Source: Candidatus Sumerlaeaceae bacterium (lineage in GTDB: Bacteria; Sumerlaeota; Sumerlaeia; Sumerlaeales; Sumerlaeaceae). Taken from it: a DNA stretch of 64,000 nt. The notes below the pieces were generated by a model, which saw only the letters and a list, made by a program, of their open reading frames with translations, had not been told where the DNA came from and did not search any database. The stretch's first letter is position 1, and each line of letters opens with the position of its first letter. Shown one piece after another: positions 17,980-27,049 of the stretch. A program made the translations under genes and the position numbers. The DNA lies in contig JBPCLP010000020.1 of the NCBI GenBank assembly GCA_051003195.1, positions 64,001 to 128,000 on the forward strand, given 5' to 3'.

Positions 17980-18549
17980 TTACGGCACAGAAACCTGGGC
18001 ATTACTGCGCCCGAAATCGCCAACAGAAACGGTTCCGTTGCTTGCATCGTAGCAATAATCTGAGGGCCCGTCGAGATTCGCCGGGAGCCGATCGTTTACG
18101 AGGTCGGGCCCGACGGAGTATGTGAACCATTTTGTCCCGTTTGCTTTCCACGCATCAATATTCGCAGGCGTGGAATAGAACGGCTGCGCATCCACTCCAA
18201 AATACTCAAAATAGTTTCCCCGTGGGGGTAAGGCAAGCCGGAACGGGTCTTTGGGTACTGAAGAAATAAAAGCAACGGGTGTCGTGAGCAGCGCGTAAGT
18301 CATGGACTCGTCCTGCGGTGTGATGCCCGGGTAAATGTTCGCGTCAAAATCGGGCGGGTACCCATTGTGATCCGTGGCGTAGGCTTCCATGGCCGTTGCG
18401 ATTGTGCGCATGTCTGCCTTGGCGCGCGAAAGTTTTGCACGTGTTTGCGCTGCGAGCATGTTAGGAAGGGCAATCAGCGCAAGGATCGCAATTATGCCGA
18501 CCACGACGAGCAGCTCGATCAGAGTGAATGCGCGCGTGCTCGCTTTCAT
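17980..18549 (-). CDS. Prepilin-type N-terminal methylation protein (GspG/pseudopilin-like), paralog 2
   Basis: AFTLIELLVVVGIIAILALIALPNMLAAQTRAK, LTTPVAF, SVGPD, YDASNGTVSVGD. Confidence 0.9.
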   Translation of the reverse strand: MKASTRAFTLIELLVVVGIIAILALIALPNMLAAQTRAKLSRAKADMRTIATAMEAYATDHNGYPPDFDANIYPGITPQDESMTYALLTTPVAFISSVPKDPFRLALPPRGNYFEYFGVDAQPFYSTPANIDAWKANGTKWFTYSVGPDLVNDRLPANLDGPSDYCYDASNGTVSVGDFGRSNAQVSVP

Positions 18550-20360
18550 CGAGAAGCCTGCGTACTCAACTTAATTCGCCGATCGATAATCGTGGGTGGT
18601 AATGTCCGGGTGAATGGCTGTTTATTCGGCGCCGTCGATGTTTGACCTGCCGTCACCGTTCGATGTTCCCGCAGTTCGCCGGACATGGTATGGGACTGCA
18701 TGTCGATTTCATAGCTCCCGGTTTCCTCGGATTTGAATTCCGACAGGAACAACTTCGTTCCGCGATCGCCGCGGTTCTCTTCACTCAACGGGATGCCATT
18801 CAGCACACCCGTGCCTTTGTAGCTGAATCGCCCTACATTCTCCGACACTTGCGGGTTTGTGGATGGGCCGTCATATCGAACGGTCGAGTTAAACGCATAC
18901 TTGCCGCCTGGCACCAGCGGGATATTGCCGCTGTCACGGCGTTCCCAAGTCTGCCCCACTGGAATAGTGGGCAGTGTTGCCGTCGTGGGAATCGCCATCA
19001 TCCACGTGTGTCGAATCATTTCCATAAACATGATGGCGCTCCGCGGATCGAATTTACCGCCCAGCGCGGGGAACCGGATGTCAGACAACTCGCCTTCCAG
19101 GCCCATCGTATAGCGCACAGGTTTATTGGCGAAAGCTGCCATCGCTTTTGCCATGGGGTCATCTCTGAACGATTCCTGTTTTATTACTGCGCATTCTACA
19201 ACCTGGGTCCCATCCGGGCGCTGATCGACAACCCGCCGGGACGCTTTTACTTTCTCGCTTGTGACCCAGTTGTTGCCGGTTTTCGTCTGAATTTCCGCGT
19301 TCGCGATCACCTCTTGTCCGGGATGGCTGGCCGAGCTGCCGGCACCGGGCGTCGAATCGAGTGGTCGTGCAGACGCCGCTGCAACCGACTGCCCGGGGTG
19401 CACCAGGCCAATCGGCAGAACCCGATCCTTTGACCACTGGGTGTAGGCGATGATAAGACCAGCAATCATGGTAAGCGTGATCACAGCCTTCCAGGCTATG
19501 CTGCCCCGGCGCGCATGGTGGCCGGTGGTGGCAATGCGAGACCATGCAACGTGGTGGCGAAGCTCACGTGCGGTAAGTTTCCTTGGCGCGATCGTAGCGG
19601 GGCTGCCGCGCCGCGGCACCTGTAACAGATCACCAGCACGCAATGATACATCCACGGCTGCGGGTTCCCCGGAAAGAGAGTACGCCCTGTAGCGCACTTC
19701 ACCTTCGGCCACAATAATCTGCAGTGAATCGTCAGCGCGGCTTTCCACATCGAATTCAGTGCCTACCACGGAGATTCGCCCACGGGAAGTAGCGAGGCTC
19801 AAGCGCCCGCTCGACTGGCGAGCGACCGAGGCGAAAATACGTCCCTGTTTGAGCATGGCAGCGTCAGACGTGTCGTTTGTGCGGGACGTATCGGCCGGCA
19901 ATATTTCCATAGTTGTGTTTCCGGCGAGGAGGAACAAGGTGCCGTCAGCAAAGTAGAGTTGTGCGCGGGAACCGCCAGGTACTTCAAGCTGCGTGCTCCG
20001 GCCCAGCAACACAGGCGAGCTGCAGGGCACGGCGGTGCTCGCGGCTGACCGTCGGATCGAAACGCTTCCTTCAGTCGGTACGAGACGCACCTGCAAAGTC
20101 ATAGCTGCTTTGCCCTCGCTCGTGGATGCAGTCGGGAGCACGCTGCCCAACAGCGCGCCGCGAAACCTTTCCCGGGTGGCAGTGGGCAGGTCGGCATTTA
20201 CCCAATCATGCAGCAAGGATTTCATCTGTTTCGCGTCGGCATCAAAGGAAGGCGAAGCGTCATCCGTCCTGTGCACTGGTTCACCGTACATAGCCCGCAG
20301 TTCGTCTTCAGGCAGAAGTCCGGCTGCCGAAACATTCTGTGGGTTCGTTTTGCCTCTCAT
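18546..20360 (-). CDS. FecR-domain anti-sigma factor-like membrane protein
   Basis: FecR-like motifs RAQLYFADGT, LKQGRIFASV, ISVVGTEFDV, VAEGEVR. One TM segment (AVITLTMIAGLIIAY). ATGA-coupled to the sigma gene. Confidence 0.75.
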   Translation of the reverse strand: MRGKTNPQNVSAAGLLPEDELRAMYGEPVHRTDDASPSFDADAKQMKSLLHDWVNADLPTATRERFRGALLGSVLPTASTSEGKAAMTLQVRLVPTEGSVSIRRSAASTAVPCSSPVLLGRSTQLEVPGGSRAQLYFADGTLFLLAGNTTMEILPADTSRTNDTSDAAMLKQGRIFASVARQSSGRLSLATSRGRISVVGTEFDVESRADDSLQIIVAEGEVRYRAYSLSGEPAAVDVSLRAGDLLQVPRRGSPATIAPRKLTARELRHHVAWSRIATTGHHARRGSIAWKAVITLTMIAGLIIAYTQWSKDRVLPIGLVHPGQSVAAASARPLDSTPGAGSSASHPGQEVIANAEIQTKTGNNWVTSEKVKASRRVVDQRPDGTQVVECAVIKQESFRDDPMAKAMAAFANKPVRYTMGLEGELSDIRFPALGGKFDPRSAIMFMEMIRHTWMMAIPTTATLPTIPVGQTWERRDSGNIPLVPGGKYAFNSTVRYDGPSTNPQVSENVGRFSYKGTGVLNGIPLSEENRGDRGTKLFLSEFKSEETGSYEIDMQSHTMSGELREHRTVTAGQTSTAPNKQPFTRTLPPTIIDRRIKLSTQASR

Positions 20361-20992
20361 TGTGCAGATCTCATTTCCGTGCTGCGTAAGGGGTTGTCGG
20401 TAAGGGCGCTATACTCACGGCGAAGTTCGCTGAGGCCGCGGTTCAATCGGGACCAGACGGTGCCTTCCGGGATTCCTAATATTTGCGCGATATCGCGGGC
20501 GCCCAGTTCTTTCAGATGGCGCAATACGAGGATCTCGCGCAGATCGAGAGGCAATTTGCGCAAGGCTTGCTGCAGGCGCTGATGCTCCTGGTTGGCCGCG
20601 GCAACACTGCGCGGGTCAGGCGAAGCCCCACTAAGGCGGATAAGAACCGGACCCATGGCGCCGGCCTCGACGTCCTCCAATTCGCTTTCCAGAGAAACAG
20701 CCGGCGGTTTTCGCTTCGCAGCTTTGCCAACATCGATGGCCAGGTGGCGCGCAATGGTGAAGAGCAGCGAGTAGATGGAACGTACTTGTGCAGTCTGGCC
20801 CGGCGCGGCCGGCGCCGCGAGCGTCCCGATAAACCTGAGGAATACTTCCTGGGCCATATCCTCCGCCTGCGCAGGATCGGGCAGGTGCGCTGCAAAATAA
20901 CGGAGCAACGGCTGGGCGTAGCGGTCCAGCAACGCGTCTGCAGCTTCGGGCGAACCGTGCTGCAACCCTGCTATTATTTCCTTATCATCCAT
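20357..20992 (-). CDS. ECF (sigma-70 group 4) RNA polymerase sigma factor
   Basis: AEDMAQEVFLR, LFTIARHLAID, and region 4 IAQILGIPEGTVWSRLNRG. The start at MDDKEII is uncertain. Confidence 0.92.
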   Translation of the reverse strand: MDDKEIIAGLQHGSPEAADALLDRYAQPLLRYFAAHLPDPAQAEDMAQEVFLRFIGTLAAPAAPGQTAQVRSIYSLLFTIARHLAIDVGKAAKRKPPAVSLESELEDVEAGAMGPVLIRLSGASPDPRSVAAANQEHQRLQQALRKLPLDLREILVLRHLKELGARDIAQILGIPEGTVWSRLNRGLSELRREYSALTDNPLRSTEMRSAQ

Positions 20993-21163
20993 GGGGGGGC
21001 ATTCAACCGGGCAAAGGAGATTCATACTCAGGGAAGACGACAAAGCACTCGAAACCATCGGGACCACGGAAAAATAGTTCAAAATTCGCGTTTCGAGCAA
21101 TGTCCGCTGGGCAATACGTGCCAAATAAAAACAGGAACCAACAGCGGGGACGTCCAGGACAGG

Positions 21164-21191
21164 AAGCAGGGGGACAGAAGCAGGGGGACAG
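21164..21191. repeat. Perfect 14-bp tandem duplication (AAGCAGGGGGACAG x2)
   Basis: Read directly from the sequence. Confidence 0.85.
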
Positions 21192-21461
21192 GCCCTTAGT
21201 TAATTTGTTAACACAGATCCGGGAAACAGCGAAAGATCGTGGGTCAGCTTCCGACCTGGTTCTTTTCATGGCCGCGCCTGCCCGGCGACTGTAGCCGAAA
21301 CTCCTGCAGTTTAAGTAGCCGGAAGGGTCTCTAAGACGTCGTGTGGGAATACCAATGCCTAAAAGCCTGTGTTATACAGGTCCTCATAATGATAAAACAA
21401 ACGCAGTTTCCCGACCCCGAAAGCAGCCCGAGCGAAGCCGCCGCAATCGCCGCAGATCCTC

Positions 21462-21484
21462 GTGGCGCAGGCGTCTCGCCTGCG
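21462..21484. repeat. REP-like palindrome
   Basis: GTGG + CGCAGGCG-TCT-CGCCTGCG, an 8-bp perfect stem preceded by a GTRG tetranucleotide. Confidence 0.5.
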
Positions 21485-21551
21485 GTTGACGGGTTCCAGC
21501 AAGTAACCGAAGCCAACAGCCCGGCCCAACTCCGCCAGAAGACACCTGAGC

Positions 21552-21683
21552 GGAAATCCACCCACGCACTCGAAACAGGAGCGAAACCTTACAGAAACAT
21601 TACCGCTATTCAAGTGGCGAAATTACCAACTTGAACTTGAAAGCACAAAGGAGAAATTATGATGACCCTGGCAACGCAACCCG
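21552..21683 (+). repeat. Dispersed repeat family B copy 1 (core GTGGCGAAATTACC)
   Basis: Aligns by eye to the reverse complement of 55654-55790. Confidence 0.85.
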
Positions 21684-21818
21684 CCGTGCCTTACTGCCGT
21701 CCCTGCCGCCGATCTTTTGGAGCACGCGCGGCGGACGCCGCTTTGGTGCTGGACGCAAAAAGTTCAGCCACGCCTCCGACAAAGAAACAAAAGAAGAACT
21801 GGAGGCCACATGATCTGA

Positions 21819-21927
21819 ACATTACGGAAATCAAAGGGCGAAATTACCCCATCGGCCTGTTTGATTTAAAGCGTGAAATGCCAATGAGCGACGCCAATGT
21901 TTGATTAGTTTTGATTAGTTTTGATTA
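21819..21927 (+). repeat. Family B partial copy 2 followed by a TTTGATTAGT tandem array
   Basis: ATTACGG..TCAAAGGGCGAAATTACCC..TCGGCC..TTGATTTA resembles 55950-56000. A 10-mer repeats about three times at 21900-21927. Confidence 0.7.
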
Positions 21928-22077
21928 AGGAGGCTCGCCCCACCGTTTTAAAACCGTGCATACGCCGGCGCCTGCGCATCAAACCCGATTCTTTTAAATC
22001 GACAGGCCCGTCCGGTGCCCGATAAAACGGAAACCGAACGGGTGCAGTTGAAGCGCGAGGGGAATTGGAAGAGACCG

Positions 22078-23823
22078 ATGACAACCGATAAAAAACCAAC
22101 CACGCAGCACGTCTCCAACGCCGGGGACGACGACGAAGACTTCGAGGCGCTTCTGAACCAGCACCTGCCGAAGGCCCTGCCGAAAACGCAGGGCGAAATC
22201 GTGGAAGCCACCGTCATCGCGGTGCTCGATGACGTGGTGCTCGTCGCGGTCGGCTCCAAGGAGGAAAGCGAGATTCCTGCGGCGGAATTCATGGATCCGC
22301 GCGGGCTGATGACGGTGCACGTTGGTGAGAGTATACGCGTCATGCTGACCGGCTGGGATGAGGACCACGGGGCCCAGCTCAGCTATAAGCAGGCACGGGT
22401 GTCGGAAGCGTCGGGCATGCTGGGCGAAGCGGCCAAAGCCGGGGTTCCGGTCCGGGGGACGGTGACGCGTGCGGTGAGCAGCGGCGTCATCGTGGACGTG
22501 AACGGCGTGGACGCCTTCATGCCGGGGAGCCAGGTGGATACGATGCGTGTGCCGGACCTGGCGTCGTTCGTCGGCCAGGAGATCGAAGCTTATGTGCTCG
22601 AGTTCGATGCGCAGAAGGGGCGGGCGGTTCTGTCGCGTCGCAAGCTGCTGGAGGAACGGAAGGAAGCCGCGAAGTCAGGCTATCTGAAAACGATCGAGCC
22701 TGGAAGCATTGTAACGGGAACGGTTCGCCAGGTACTGGCGTTCGGCGCGTTTGTGAGCCTCGGTACGGAAGGATCGGTTGACGCGCTGCTTCCCCGTTCC
22801 GAGCTTACCTACGATCGCGGGATTGAGCCGGCCTCGCTTGTGACGATAGGTCAGCAGCTGCAGGTCAAGGTGCTCGAGATGGATCAGGCTACGGGGAAGA
22901 TTACCGTGTCGCGTAAACGGCTGCACGAAGATCCCTGGGAAAAGATCGAGCAGAATTTCCCGGTGGGCTCGACGGTGACTGGGAAAATCGCGAGCATCCA
23001 GGGTTTCGGCGCCTTTGTGAATCTGCAGGAAGGCATTACAGGCCTGCTGCATAATAAGGACCTGTCATGGTCCGCCGACAAAAAAAGCGCGCAGCAGGAA
23101 TTGCGCGAGGGCGACAACGTCAGTTGCCTGGTGACCGCAATCGATAAGGAGCAGAAGCGGCTGTCGCTGAGCCTGAAGCACCTGACGCGCGACCCATGGT
23201 CGGACGTGGAGCAGCGCTACCCCGTTGGCAGCAAACACGTGGGCACAGTCGCGGGGGTGAAGGATTTCGGCGCATTTGTAAAATTGGATGAGAACACGCA
23301 GGGCCTGCTGCACGTGAGCGATTTGAGCTGGGAGCGACGCCCGGTTGCGGCGACGGATGTGCTTGAGGAAGGACAGCAGGTGGAGGTTGTCGTGCTGGAG
23401 CTGGATGCAGCAAAGCGTCGCGTAAAACTGGGCGCGAAGCAGATGAGTGCGTCGCCCTTCACCCGCTTCAGCGGCTTAAATCCGGTTGGATCGCTTGTGA
23501 AGGGCACCATCACACGGCTCGTGCCGTATGGCGCATTTGTGGAGCTTGCTCCGGGACTTGAGGGATTGATTCATATCAGCGAACTCGACGAAAACCGCGT
23601 CGACTCGCCCGAGCGGGTGGTTCGCATTGGAGAAGAAGTAACCGCGAAGATCCTCGAGATTAACCCGGATAAACAACGCATAGGGCTTTCGCGCAAACAG
23701 GCGTTCCAGCAGATGGAGCAGGAAAATATGCAGGCTTACATGAAACAGCAGGAACCTGCAAAAGGTTCAGGCTCGGCATTCGGCGCGGCATTCCAGGCTG
23801 CGTTAAGTAAAAAGAAGCCGTGA
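22078..23823 (+). CDS. rpsA: 30S ribosomal protein S1 (multi-S1-domain)
   Basis: About six S1 repeats (FGAFV..., GLLH.SDLSW, GLIHISEL, DPW linkers). Confidence 0.88.
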   Translation: MTTDKKPTTQHVSNAGDDDEDFEALLNQHLPKALPKTQGEIVEATVIAVLDDVVLVAVGSKEESEIPAAEFMDPRGLMTVHVGESIRVMLTGWDEDHGAQLSYKQARVSEASGMLGEAAKAGVPVRGTVTRAVSSGVIVDVNGVDAFMPGSQVDTMRVPDLASFVGQEIEAYVLEFDAQKGRAVLSRRKLLEERKEAAKSGYLKTIEPGSIVTGTVRQVLAFGAFVSLGTEGSVDALLPRSELTYDRGIEPASLVTIGQQLQVKVLEMDQATGKITVSRKRLHEDPWEKIEQNFPVGSTVTGKIASIQGFGAFVNLQEGITGLLHNKDLSWSADKKSAQQELREGDNVSCLVTAIDKEQKRLSLSLKHLTRDPWSDVEQRYPVGSKHVGTVAGVKDFGAFVKLDENTQGLLHVSDLSWERRPVAATDVLEEGQQVEVVVLELDAAKRRVKLGAKQMSASPFTRFSGLNPVGSLVKGTITRLVPYGAFVELAPGLEGLIHISELDENRVDSPERVVRIGEEVTAKILEINPDKQRIGLSRKQAFQQMEQENMQAYMKQQEPAKGSGSAFGAAFQAALSKKKP

Positions 23824-23894
23824 ACCAAAGCCAAGGCGCGGCATCTGAAGTTCCCCCCTCTTCAGTTGCCGCGCCCCTCTACCGGCAATAGACC

Positions 23895-24053
23895 TTAGAC
23901 CGTGCTGCCACGGCCTCCGGTCAACAGACGCCACACGATGAGAATCGCAGCGAGGACGAGCAGAAAGTGGATCATACTGCCGGCAACTTGGAAAATGGCT
24001 CCGAAGAGCCATAATCCCAGGATGATAAGGGCGAGTATGTAGAGAATATGCAT
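23895..24053 (-). CDS. Small membrane protein, lmo0937/DUF5670-like (52 aa; below the ORF-track cutoff)
   Basis: Manual translation MHILYILALIILGLWLFGAIFQVAGSMIHFLLVLAAILIVWRLLTGGRGSTV, with a GAGG RBS. Confidence 0.8.
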   Translation of the reverse strand: MHILYILALIILGLWLFGAIFQVAGSMIHFLLVLAAILIVWRLLTGGRGSTV

Positions 24054-24231
24054 GGGTTGACCTCATCCGGCTCAGCTCAGCAGCCGGCCTTTCTTTACAA
24101 GCTGGGCATAGTCAGGTCAATTAACGTGCCAAAGGAACCGAGGCACACGGAAGGTTTTAACAGAAGGGTGGAAAAGCTTTGAGTGAGAACCTAATAACAC
24201 CCCGGGGAGTTATGATCCAGGGGGATCTACG

Positions 24232-25128
24232 ATGATCCGGAGCATGACAGGATTTGGGGCGGGACACGCGACGACCGACCTTGGGGAAATTTCAGTGGAG
24301 ATCAAGTCGCTGAACAATCGGTTCCTGGACGTGAACGTAAAGTTCCCGCGCGAACTTGCGAGTGCGGAACTGCAGCTGCGCGAGGCAGTGAAGCAACGCG
24401 TGCGGCGCGGGAAAGTCGATCTGTACGTCAAGTGGGCGGCTGCTCCGGGGGCGCAGGCGCTTTATGAAATCAACAAACCGTTAATGCAGCATTATGCCAG
24501 GCAACTGGAGGAGGCGCTGCACAGCCTCGGGGGAAACGAAACCCGGCTGGATATCGGAGCCTTGCTGGCGTTGCCCGGTGTTGTGGGGCCGACGGCTGCA
24601 GCAGCGGAAGATGGAGTGCTGCTGAAGACGGCGCTCGTTGCGCTGACAGACGCCCTGGACGCGCTCGAGCAGTCACGCGTGCGCGAGGGCGGCCAGCTCG
24701 TCGATGCGATCTGTGGGCACCTGGATGTGCTGGAAAGACTTCGGGCTGAGATTTCAGCGGCAAAAGATGAACTGCTGGAGGAGTATCGCAAGCGGCTCCG
24801 TGAACGGATGGAACATCTGACAAAGGCGGTCGACGTTGCGCTGGACCCTGCTCGGCTTGAGACGGAACTGCTCTTCTACGCGGACAAAAGCGACATCACT
24901 GAAGAGCTGGTGCGGCTGGAAGCACACTTGAAAACCTTTCGGACAACCCTGGAGGACTCCCGAACTGCCGAGGCGGTAGGGAAACCCCTGGATTTCCTCG
25001 TACAGGAACTGCTGCGCGAAGCCAACACGATCGGCAATAAGGCACGCGGAGTGGCGGTAGCGCAGCTGGTAGTGAAGATGAAGAGCGAAATTGAGAAAAT
25101 CCGCGAGCAGGTCCAGAACCTGGAATGA
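24232..25128 (+). CDS. yicC: YicC/YloC-family endoribonuclease
   Basis: MIRSMTGFG, EIKSLNNRFLD, DITEELVRL..H, DFLVQELLREANTIG, EKIREQVQNLE. Confidence 0.95.
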   Translation: MIRSMTGFGAGHATTDLGEISVEIKSLNNRFLDVNVKFPRELASAELQLREAVKQRVRRGKVDLYVKWAAAPGAQALYEINKPLMQHYARQLEEALHSLGGNETRLDIGALLALPGVVGPTAAAAEDGVLLKTALVALTDALDALEQSRVREGGQLVDAICGHLDVLERLRAEISAAKDELLEEYRKRLRERMEHLTKAVDVALDPARLETELLFYADKSDITEELVRLEAHLKTFRTTLEDSRTAEAVGKPLDFLVQELLREANTIGNKARGVAVAQLVVKMKSEIEKIREQVQNLE

Positions 25129-25370
25129 CTGAATACCTCAATTCGATCCCGGTGCTGGATGATCTATCGAACCTGGTGAAGTGGCTGCTGCTGGTTAATG
25201 TTCTGCTGACGGGCGCGACCATTCTTTTTGCCTTCCGCGCGGCATTGTACAAAGAACGCGTGGAGGAACTGGAGACAGAAATCGCACAGTCGGTTAACGA
25301 CGCTCTAAGCGCACCGCTTTCGGACGATCGGCCAATCTCGACGACCCGTCAAAAGCGCCAGGCGCAGTAG
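25125..25370 (+). CDS. Small single-pass membrane protein
   Basis: ATGA overlap with yicC. One TM segment (WLLLVNVLLTGATILFAF). Confidence 0.7.
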   Translation: MTEYLNSIPVLDDLSNLVKWLLLVNVLLTGATILFAFRAALYKERVEELETEIAQSVNDALSAPLSDDRPISTTRQKRQAQ

Positions 25371-25371
25371 G

Positions 25372-25899
25372 TCAGTTCACCGTGCCGAGGCGCTCGGGCG
25401 GCCAGTAGCGAAATGCCAGCACCCCCAGCAGGCGGTTGCGGCTTACGGGTCCATGGTCGACACTGTCGTAGCTGTTGTTACGGTTATCTCCAGCGACAAA
25501 CATCTGGTTGTTTCCCACGAACCAGGATTTCGAGCGGGAAAGCCGCAAGGCGTGCCTGGCGTAACTTTCGGGCCTGCCGTTCACAAAGAGGCGGCCCTCG
25601 CGCAGGTCTACTCGTTCGCCGTCCTCGGCAATGACGCGCTTGGTTAAAGCGGAGCCGGCGTCCTCGGGTTCAAATGCGACGACCTTGCCATGCAGGTCGT
25701 CTTTTTCGGATTCTTTCAGCAGGAGTACGTGATCCCCGACTTTAAGAGTCGGGTCCATCGAGCGGGAGACCACAACAAAGCTCTGCAAATTTCCGACGGC
25801 AAATTGCAGCAGGATGACCATAAGGACGAGCGCAATGGCGATATCTATCCCCCGCCTGAACCTCGAAATGGCCTGGTCTTTTGCTTCCTGGGTTTGCAT
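25372..25899 (-). CDS. lepB: Signal peptidase I
   Basis: TM segment, then SRSMDPTL..GD, LTKRVIA, GDNRNNSYDS and YWPP. Start uncertain. Confidence 0.88.
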   Translation of the reverse strand: MQTQEAKDQAISRFRRGIDIAIALVLMVILLQFAVGNLQSFVVVSRSMDPTLKVGDHVLLLKESEKDDLHGKVVAFEPEDAGSALTKRVIAEDGERVDLREGRLFVNGRPESYARHALRLSRSKSWFVGNNQMFVAGDNRNNSYDSVDHGPVSRNRLLGVLAFRYWPPERLGTVN

Positions 25900-26136
25900 A
25901 GTGCCGTCTATTAAGCACCCGGCGTACCACTGGGAAATCATGAACGAAAGAGCTTCGAATCCGCTTTGGAGTTTTATCGTGGTACTGATTTCAGGCATGT
26001 TAGTTTGTTTTCTAGCTTGACTCGCCCACGCGGGCGGTCCAAGGATTATGGCATAATCACGACGGGTCCGTGTGCGGAGCTTGTAAAAAACTCCGCATAC
26101 GAACCGGTCGTGGACTACAATCAGGTAGGTTCCACG

Positions 26137-26325
26137 ATGAGCTTTAAATGGTTACTCGTGCTCTTGCTGCTCGTGTTTGCATTGGTAATAAAGTATGGCG
26201 ACGAGTTCAGCAGCATTAAGCCGGTTCACAGTACTTCCGGTGCGGATTTGGCGAGCCTTGAAGAGCGTCCAGATCCATCTTTGTTCAGTCGCCCGGAGGG
26301 ATCGTCCACTTCAAATGGTCGATAG
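26137..26325 (+). CDS. Small hypothetical exported or membrane-anchored protein
   Basis: MSFKWLLVLLLLVFALVI hydrophobic N-terminus, with an AGGT RBS-like element. Confidence 0.5.
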   Translation: MSFKWLLVLLLLVFALVIKYGDEFSSIKPVHSTSGADLASLEERPDPSLFSRPEGSSTSNGR

Positions 26326-26382
26326 GCCAAAGCAGTCAGTTTTGTGTTGACGGCGAAGTGCAATATTTCGCATGTCAAAGTA

Positions 26383-26976
26383 ATGCAAGCTAACCAGGCA
26401 CGCCGTTCGGCAGGGTTTACTCTTATTGAGCTGTTAATGGTGGTAGGGATTATCGCGATTCTTGCGCTGATCGCGTTGCCTAACTTCCTGGACGCTCAAA
26501 TGCGGGCGAAAGTGTCGCGTGCGAAGTCCGACATGCGAACGATCGCGACCGCGCTGGAGACCTATTGCGTGGATAACAACCGCTACGTGCCGAATTATGA
26601 CGCGGGGCCTTATTTCCCCCAACCAAATACCGAGTACCAGACATACGCGGCTTTGACGTCTCCTGTACCTTACATCAGCTCAGCGCCCAAGGACCCGTTC
26701 GCACCAAACATCGAGGCGCCGGAACGGGGCGATTTCTTTGAGTACTATGCCGACGATTCCGTCCAGGCGGACCCCACCTACACAGAACCAACCCGTTCGT
26801 ACTGGGCGAACACGGGCACGCGCTGGCTCGTAAGCAGTATTGCACCAGATCGTAAACTTCAGAACCTGGGGCGGCAGCTCCAAAACATAGCGCCGCTGTT
26901 ATACGATGCGTCGAATGGAACGGTATCGCCCGGAGAAATCGGGCGCAGCAACATCGTCGCTTCTCTGCCGCATTAG
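26383..26976 (+). CDS. Prepilin-type N-terminal methylation protein (GspG/pseudopilin-like), paralog 3
   Basis: GFTLIELLMVVGIIAILALIALPNFLDAQMRAKVS, LTSPVPY, SIAPD, YDASNGTVSPGE. Confidence 0.9.
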   Translation: MQANQARRSAGFTLIELLMVVGIIAILALIALPNFLDAQMRAKVSRAKSDMRTIATALETYCVDNNRYVPNYDAGPYFPQPNTEYQTYAALTSPVPYISSAPKDPFAPNIEAPERGDFFEYYADDSVQADPTYTEPTRSYWANTGTRWLVSSIAPDRKLQNLGRQLQNIAPLLYDASNGTVSPGEIGRSNIVASLPH

Positions 26977-27049
26977 CTCCATTAAAGGCGTTGCACCTGC
27001 CGTTTGCGGGAACCATGTCCGGACTCATCACTTTTACCTGGAGAGAACC

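Noticed and set aside
23841..23853. GCATCTGAAGTTC also found next to repeat A copy 2 (~56128)
   Set aside because: A 13-bp match is expected by chance in 64 kb and does not extend.
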